From: a virus
Lineage: Duplodnaviria; Caudoviricetes
Direction: 5' to 3' (one strand)
DNA: 38,125 nt
IMG/VR virus record: IMGVR_UViG_3300038809_000043
Coordinates: 1 to 38,125 of that record
In this document: one piece after another, positions 33,405 through 38,125 of the stretch
How the letters are laid out: every line of letters starts with the position of its first letter
How positions within the stretch are numbered: position 1 is the first letter of the stretch
Notes under the pieces: model-generated
Databases searched by the model: none
Seen by the model: only the letters and a program-made list of their open reading frames with translations
Told to the model about the DNA's origin: nothing
Made by a program: the position numbers and the translations under genes

Positions 33405-34030
33405 AGGCCAACGCCGCTCAGGAATCACAGGACTGGATTCAGGCAAGGGCGGGCAAGTTCACCGCCTCCCGAGCCGCTGACCTGATGGCGCGAACCAAGA
33501 CCGGCCCAGGTACTGCCCGCGCCAACCTGATCGCCACCCTCGTGGCTGAGCGAATCACCGGGCAGGCAGTCGAAGGCTACCGGAATGCAGCCATGGATCG
33601 TGGCATCGAGCTGGAGGGCGAGGCACGCGATGCCTACAGCTTCAACACCGGGCAGCCTGTGGTCGAAACCGGGTTCATCGCCTGCGAGTGGCTCCCCAAC
33701 ACGGGCTGCTCACCTGATGGGCTGGTTGGAGATGACGGGTTGGTCGAGATCAAGTGCCCGTCCGCAATGGCAAAGCACCTGGACGCGATCCTGACTGGCG
33801 CACACGCCGACGAATACCGCTGGCAGTTGCAGCACCAGCTCATGGTCACTGGCCGCGAATGGGTTGACGCCTACAGCTACGACCCGCGCTGGCCTGAGAA
33901 CCTGCAGCAGGCTATTCGCCGCGTCACCCGCGACGAGGAAGCCATCAAGCAACTGTCCGAAGAAATCCGCAAGGCCGACGCCGAGGTAGAGGCAAAGATC
34001 GCAGAACTCCAGAACAAGGAACAGCAATGA
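33401..34030 (+). CDS. lambda-exonuclease/YqaJ family nuclease
   Basis: WIQARAGKFTAS, MDRGIELEGEAR, CSPDGL, VEIKCP, QLQHQL, SYDPR; GTG 33401. Confidence 0.9.
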   Translation: MKANAAQESQDWIQARAGKFTASRAADLMARTKTGPGTARANLIATLVAERITGQAVEGYRNAAMDRGIELEGEARDAYSFNTGQPVVETGFIACEWLPNTGCSPDGLVGDDGLVEIKCPSAMAKHLDAILTGAHADEYRWQLQHQLMVTGREWVDAYSYDPRWPENLQQAIRRVTRDEEAIKQLSEEIRKADAEVEAKIAELQNKEQQ

Positions 34031-34365
34031 GCGACGTGAAATTCATCAGCGGCCTGACCTTCAAGGCGCCGCACGAGAAAGCCCCCAGTTACATCATGGC
34101 TCGCGGCTCGATCAAGCGTGAAGACCTGATCGCATGGCTTGGCACCGAACAAGGCGAGTGGATCAACTTCGACGTGAAGGTGTCACAGAACGGAAAGTGG
34201 TACGCCGCAGTGGACGAGTGGAAGCCGAACCAGGGCGGCGGCACCAGCTCCCGAAAGGGCGGTCAGGAGCAGCGCGAGCGGCCGAAGAGGGCTACGGACA
34301 ATGCGCCTCAGAACGAGTTCGCCGACGACGACATTCCATTCATCCGCATGCAGGGGGGCTGGTGA
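34027..34365 (+). CDS. putative single-stranded DNA-binding protein
   Basis: Follows erf/exo; beta-rich core, flexible linker, acidic FADDDIPF tail. Confidence 0.55.
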   Translation: MSDVKFISGLTFKAPHEKAPSYIMARGSIKREDLIAWLGTEQGEWINFDVKVSQNGKWYAAVDEWKPNQGGGTSSRKGGQEQRERPKRATDNAPQNEFADDDIPFIRMQGGW

Positions 34366-34625
34366 TGAGCGCGGATACCGATTGGAGCGCCGTGGCCGAT
34401 TCCGTCTATCGCGAGTTCGTGGAGGACGAGCGTCGGGAGAAGGCTAAACAGCATCTGGAAGAGCTGCAGGACGAGATCGCTCGACTGAACGAAGTTGTCG
34501 CGGCTGTGTCCGACTATGCCGATCAGCTGGCCTACGAAGGCAAGTGGGCCAATGCCAGCGACGAGCAGATCGAGCAGAACCGGATCGCGTTGGAACTGCG
34601 CCGAATCTTGGGAGATATCGAATGA
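34365..34625 (+). CDS. coiled-coil hypothetical protein
   Basis: TGATG overlap. Confidence 0.6.
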   Translation: MSADTDWSAVADSVYREFVEDERREKAKQHLEELQDEIARLNEVVAAVSDYADQLAYEGKWANASDEQIEQNRIALELRRILGDIE

Positions 34626-34855
34626 GCAAGATCAAGCGATACCACTGGAACGGGGACGAGTCGCGTGGCGGTGAAATCGTCCTCGACTCCGACCACGAGG
34701 CAGAGGTAGCCCGCCTGCGCGCGGAGGTGGAGCGGCTGAGTAGCTTTGTTGCGGACTACGTCAGCGCTTACCGAAATGGATTCGATGGGGATGACCACCT
34801 GCTAAATCTCGCCAGATCACTGCTCGGTCCAACAGTGGGTGACCAGGATGTCTAG
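34622..34855 (+). CDS. hypothetical protein
   Basis: ATGA overlap; VLDSDHEAEVARLRAEVERL. Confidence 0.6.
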   Translation: MSKIKRYHWNGDESRGGEIVLDSDHEAEVARLRAEVERLSSFVADYVSAYRNGFDGDDHLLNLARSLLGPTVGDQDV

Positions 34856-35015
34856 TAGATCGGACAAACGGAACGCAGAACAGTTTGAGAGACGTGTTGC
34901 TGAGCTGATGGCTGCTGGTCTGAGCGTATCGAAGATTGCCAAAGAGACTGGCAAGAGCTACTTGCACACATCCCGAATAGTCGAACGGATCAAATCTCAA
35001 GGAGCATCCGCATGA
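34848..35015 (+). CDS. small HTH protein (55 aa)
   Basis: Not in ORF track; RVAELMAAGLSVSKIAKETGKSYLHTSRIV; fills the gap with overlaps. Confidence 0.6.
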   Translation: MSSRSDKRNAEQFERRVAELMAAGLSVSKIAKETGKSYLHTSRIVERIKSQGASA

Positions 35016-35839
35016 CCACCGACAACAAGACCCTGGCGGACGTGCGGCCCGGTGGGAGGGTGAGGCTGGGGGATCAGGCCCGTGTCACGATCAGCGACGA
35101 GCTTCTGACCCGAATGGCCTATGCGATTCCCGGCGCAGTCGAGTCGACCGACAAGGCAAAGGCGGTCGCAGCTCGGGTTGTGGAAATCTACCTCTCCGCC
35201 CAGCCCTCCCCGGATGCTCAGGCAGCGCACTGCCCTGTGAAGCACTGCGGCATGACTTACGCCCGGGTGCCCGCCGATGGTAGGTGTCATGCATGCGGCG
35301 CAACTGTTCAGCCCTCCCCGGGTGGTCAGGGGAATGAGCTGACGGAGCTGACAGCCAAGTGGAGGCGCGAATCAAAGGAGCGCTTTGGCAAGAATGAGTT
35401 CAGCGTGGTGGCCGAATCGCTGGACGTGTGCGCGCACGAACTGGAAGCTGCCCTCGCCGCCCGCCAGCCCGTTCGCATCTACGGCTGCTGTGCCCAGCCG
35501 GAGGGTGAGCTGCACACCGCCGAATGCCCGAACATGCGGCACCTCGCCGCCCGCCAGCCGGTGGGGCAGGAGCCGGTTGCGGTGGTTGGCCCCGACTTCG
35601 CTCTGTTCTGGTTCGGCTCGGGTCCGATTGCACCGCTGGTGGAGCGGAACGGCCTGCGGCCTGGCTCCAAGCTCTACGCCGCACCGCCCGCGCAGGCCGT
35701 GGACCTGGGTAAGTACCGGCACGCTCTGCTGCGTGCGAGCGGCTGGGCGCGCCGCTCTGATGTTACAAGCCACGTCGAAGACGCCGGGCTGCTGCGCGAA
35801 CTGCTGGCCCTGATCGACGGAAAGGCGGTGGGCAAATGA
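35012..35839 (+). CDS. mosaic early protein with repeated linker motifs
   Basis: QPSP twice, LAARQPV twice, two Cys-rich inserts, LYAAPPAQAVDLG. Confidence 0.75.
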   Translation: MTTDNKTLADVRPGGRVRLGDQARVTISDELLTRMAYAIPGAVESTDKAKAVAARVVEIYLSAQPSPDAQAAHCPVKHCGMTYARVPADGRCHACGATVQPSPGGQGNELTELTAKWRRESKERFGKNEFSVVAESLDVCAHELEAALAARQPVRIYGCCAQPEGELHTAECPNMRHLAARQPVGQEPVAVVGPDFALFWFGSGPIAPLVERNGLRPGSKLYAAPPAQAVDLGKYRHALLRASGWARRSDVTSHVEDAGLLRELLALIDGKAVGK

Positions 35840-36129
35840 GCGGCCTCTACGAATCAGTGATGAATGCCGTCGCCCTATTGAATCAGGTCCCGCTGACAGA
35901 CGGACGTCTGCTGGATGCCCATGCTTCCTTGCGGCAAGCCCTCGTCGATTTCCCGCCGCAAGAAGAGGCCACACCCAAGCCCTTGGCGATCAAGCGCAGG
36001 ACCCGTGCTGACTACGGTTTGGACGATCCACACGGGCTCCCCGATCCATACAGCAAGGGGCACCTCGATGGCTTCAATGAAGCGATCAGGGAGATACGGA
36101 AGGCAGAGCGAGGTCAGACCAATGGCTGA
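35836..36129 (+). CDS. hypothetical protein
   Basis: ATGA overlap; YSKGHLDGFNEAI. Confidence 0.6.
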   Translation: MSGLYESVMNAVALLNQVPLTDGRLLDAHASLRQALVDFPPQEEATPKPLAIKRRTRADYGLDDPHGLPDPYSKGHLDGFNEAIREIRKAERGQTNG

Positions 36130-36242
36130 CCAGCTGCTCACCGCTGCAATGGAGGACCGCATGACCTGGAAGCCGATCAGCAGCGCGCCGAGTGCTGTTT
36201 CCTATAAAGAACCACGCAAGCTTTATAGAAAGGAGACCGACG

Positions 36243-36536
36243 ATGGACGTTGAACAGAGGGCGCGGGAGATGAGCATGGCGATGACCGTCGGAGAGGTCG
36301 CAAAGATCATCAGCGGAGCGCCATTCCCATCAAAACAATCGCTGGCTAAGGCCCGATCAGTAGTCGAGTTTATGGGCAACCGCGCCGCCCTCACGCCGCC
36401 CGCTGGTTTCGTGCTGGTGCCGGTGGAGCCGTCGCCGGCAATGATCGATGCGCCGCTGGTCATGGATTCGCCTACGAACGACGGTACTCGCCGGACCTGG
36501 GCCTACATGCTCTCCGCTCGCCCGGAGGTGAAGTGA
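36243..36536 (+). CDS. hypothetical protein
   Basis: AAGGAG SD; GFVLVPVEPSPAMI...WAYMLSARP motif common in phage early genes. Confidence 0.65.
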   Translation: MDVEQRAREMSMAMTVGEVAKIISGAPFPSKQSLAKARSVVEFMGNRAALTPPAGFVLVPVEPSPAMIDAPLVMDSPTNDGTRRTWAYMLSARPEVK

Positions 36537-37018
36537 TGGGAATCGCAAGGCCACGGGAAGATGTAGATCTCCCTAAGCAATCCTTCATGGAGAAAGTTGA
36601 TGTCCAAGAAGATGGATGCTGGGAATGGAAGGCCTGCAAAGTCCGGGGGTATGGGATATTTAGAAGGTGGAGAGCCCATCGCGCTTCATGGCTCATCTTC
36701 AAAGGCGAAGATCCTGGCAGTCTACATGTCTGTCACTCCTGCGATAACCCGGGGTGTGTCAACCCGGAACATCTTTTCCTAGGAGATCCAAAGGCGAACG
36801 CCGATGATCGAGAGCGCAAGGGGCGCGGGAACAACCTCAGAGGCCAGTCTCATGGCTCTGCCAAGCTCACCAATCAAGACGTATTAGAGATAAGGGACTT
36901 GGTGAAATCCAGGCAGATGATGCAGAAGGACATAGCAGCAATTTACGGGACCACGCAATCGAATGTGTCTCATATCGGTCGTGGAAAGTATTGGAGATCC
37001 ATCAATGTCGGCAGCTGA
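36533..37018 (+). CDS. freestanding HNH endonuclease with C-terminal HTH
   Basis: CWEW, GYG, AHRASW, VCHSCDNPGCVNPEHL, AKLT, QKDIAAIYGTTQSNVSHI. Confidence 0.88.
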   Translation: MMGIARPREDVDLPKQSFMEKVDVQEDGCWEWKACKVRGYGIFRRWRAHRASWLIFKGEDPGSLHVCHSCDNPGCVNPEHLFLGDPKANADDRERKGRGNNLRGQSHGSAKLTNQDVLEIRDLVKSRQMMQKDIAAIYGTTQSNVSHIGRGKYWRSINVGS

Positions 37019-37370
37019 GAAGTTGATGACCCTGGCGCAGGCGGCTGAACATTGCGCCTGCCACCCCCGAACCCTTCGCCGCGCCATCGACAATGGCGAG
37101 TTGGCAGCCTGCCGATTGGGTCAAGGGCCGAAGTCGGACAGGATTCACCCCGTAGACCTGGCCGTATGGCTAGGCAAGTGCAAGGTAAAGACACAATGCC
37201 AGTCACCAAGCGTCCCAATGGAAGCTATCAGGTTACCGTTGGATTCGGCGGAAGAACGTATCGAAAAACGTCTCGGCATTGGACGCGGAGCACCGCGCGC
37301 GAGTTCGAAGCCGCGTGGCTCCAGCAGCTCCAAGGCATTGCGTCTGGTAAGCAGCCGGAACGAAAGATAA
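37005..37370 (+). CDS. xis: excisionase-like HTH_17 protein
   Basis: LMTLAQAAEHCACHPRTLRRAIDNGEL...RIHPVDL; immediately upstream of and overlapping int. Confidence 0.75.
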   Translation: MSAAEKLMTLAQAAEHCACHPRTLRRAIDNGELAACRLGQGPKSDRIHPVDLAVWLGKCKVKTQCQSPSVPMEAIRLPLDSAEERIEKRLGIGRGAPRASSKPRGSSSSKALRLVSSRNER

Positions 37371-38125
37371 CGGACGCCATCGACCGGTGGCAGGTTGAAC
37401 ACCTTCCCCGGTTGCGATCTGAGAAGAAGACCAACTCACATGTCCGGGCGCTCTACCCTTACGTGAAAGGACGGAAGCTTTCCGAGGTTGCGCAGGTATG
37501 GGCTGAGATCAAGGCGGCGGAGATCGGGAAGGCTCCAGCCACGGTCAACCACAAGGGGCGCATCCTGCGGCAGATCAGCCGGATGGCGTGGCGAGAGTGG
37601 GGATGGCTGGAGCGGCCAGCTGCTATCGGGCTGCTGCCCGAGAAGCCCCGCGAGACGTTCCTGACGCTCGATCAGGTCGAGGCGCTGGCGAGGGCTTGCC
37701 CGAATCCTGCCGTTGGCGACTACGTGCGGCTGGCGGCGTACACGGGCATCCGGCGCGGGCATTTGTTACGACTGACGGCCCATGATGTGCGTGGCGGGTT
37801 CATCCACCTGGACCGCACCAGCAAGACGCGGACGCTGCAGCTGGTGCCGCTGCACCCGAAGGTGGAAGGAATTGCGGCGCGGCTCCCGCTCGGCGCCTCA
37901 GACGATCAGGTGCGCGATTCGTGGGCCAAGGCGCGCGAGGCGTGCGGCCTGCAACACGTCCGCTGGCACGATTTGAGGCACACATGCGCCTCATGGCTCG
38001 TCCAGGCTGGCGTGCCCCTTCACACCGTGTCGGAGGTGCTTGGGCACAGCTCCATGGCGATGACCCGGCGCTATGCTCACTTGTCGCCGGAACACCTGTC
38101 AGATGCCATCAGAAAGATGGCCTGA
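37196..38125 (+). CDS. int: tyrosine recombinase/integrase
   Basis: YTGIRRG (R), SKT (K), HDLRH, LGH, TRRY (Y); start placed at ATG 37196; stop at window edge. Confidence 0.93.
   Translation: MPVTKRPNGSYQVTVGFGGRTYRKTSRHWTRSTAREFEAAWLQQLQGIASGKQPERKITDAIDRWQVEHLPRLRSEKKTNSHVRALYPYVKGRKLSEVAQVWAEIKAAEIGKAPATVNHKGRILRQISRMAWREWGWLERPAAIGLLPEKPRETFLTLDQVEALARACPNPAVGDYVRLAAYTGIRRGHLLRLTAHDVRGGFIHLDRTSKTRTLQLVPLHPKVEGIAARLPLGASDDQVRDSWAKAREACGLQHVRWHDLRHTCASWLVQAGVPLHTVSEVLGHSSMAMTRRYAHLSPEHLSDAIRKMA

Larger units (their letters stand above)
1..38125. mobile_element. P22-like (podovirus-type) temperate prophage, essentially complete between a terminal accessory gene and the integrase
   Basis: Full ordered set int-xis-recombination-cI/cro-replication-nin-Q-lysis-terminase-portal-scaffold-coat-tail-ejection-RBP; dense ATGA/TGATG gene overlaps; no tape measure or tail tube gene. 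Confidence 0.95.

Noticed and set aside
37052-37195. 357-aa integrase start given by the ORF track
   Set aside because: Extension is low-complexity and overlaps the xis HTH; ATG 37196 gives a plausible arm-binding N-terminus
38100-38125. attL/attR core repeats
   Set aside because: Window ends at the int stop and begins at a gene stop; no matching terminal repeat seen

Overview
The whole window is one apparently intact temperate prophage or phage genome with lambdoid early-gene organisation and P22-like (short-tailed) virion genes. It is GC-rich; a Xanthomonadaceae host such as Stenotrophomonas is inferred from GC content and gene style, not proven. The minus strand from ~28.8 kb down to 1 carries cro, a cII-position gene, a DUF1376 initiator with iterons, a nin-like region (NinB, Ser/Thr phosphatase, Ref, RuvC-like), Q, a degenerate CAT tRNA, lysis genes, terS/terL, portal, scaffold, coat, gp4, gp10, a gp14-like GNAT, three ejection proteins, a moron, and three tail/receptor-binding genes. 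The plus strand from ~28.9 kb carries a short cI, two immunity-region genes, many small early genes, ERF + YqaJ recombination genes, an HNH nuclease, xis and a tyrosine integrase that ends at the window edge (att sites not visible). The most unusual observations are: (1) the tail-hub gene gp10 is split, its N-terminal ~393 aa continuing into an Ig-like + beta-propeller extension and its ~75-aa C-terminal part encoded by a separate ORF in another frame; (2) an unannotated moron with two coupled 43-aa membrane peptides that both end in IRWW, followed by tandem terminators; (3) a non-canonical initiator-like tRNA and a second tRNA-shaped RNA; (4) a mosaic early gene built from Cys-rich cassettes between in-frame direct repeats; (5) a repressor with no autocleavage domain. 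All family calls come from motif recognition by eye and synteny; no searches were run.
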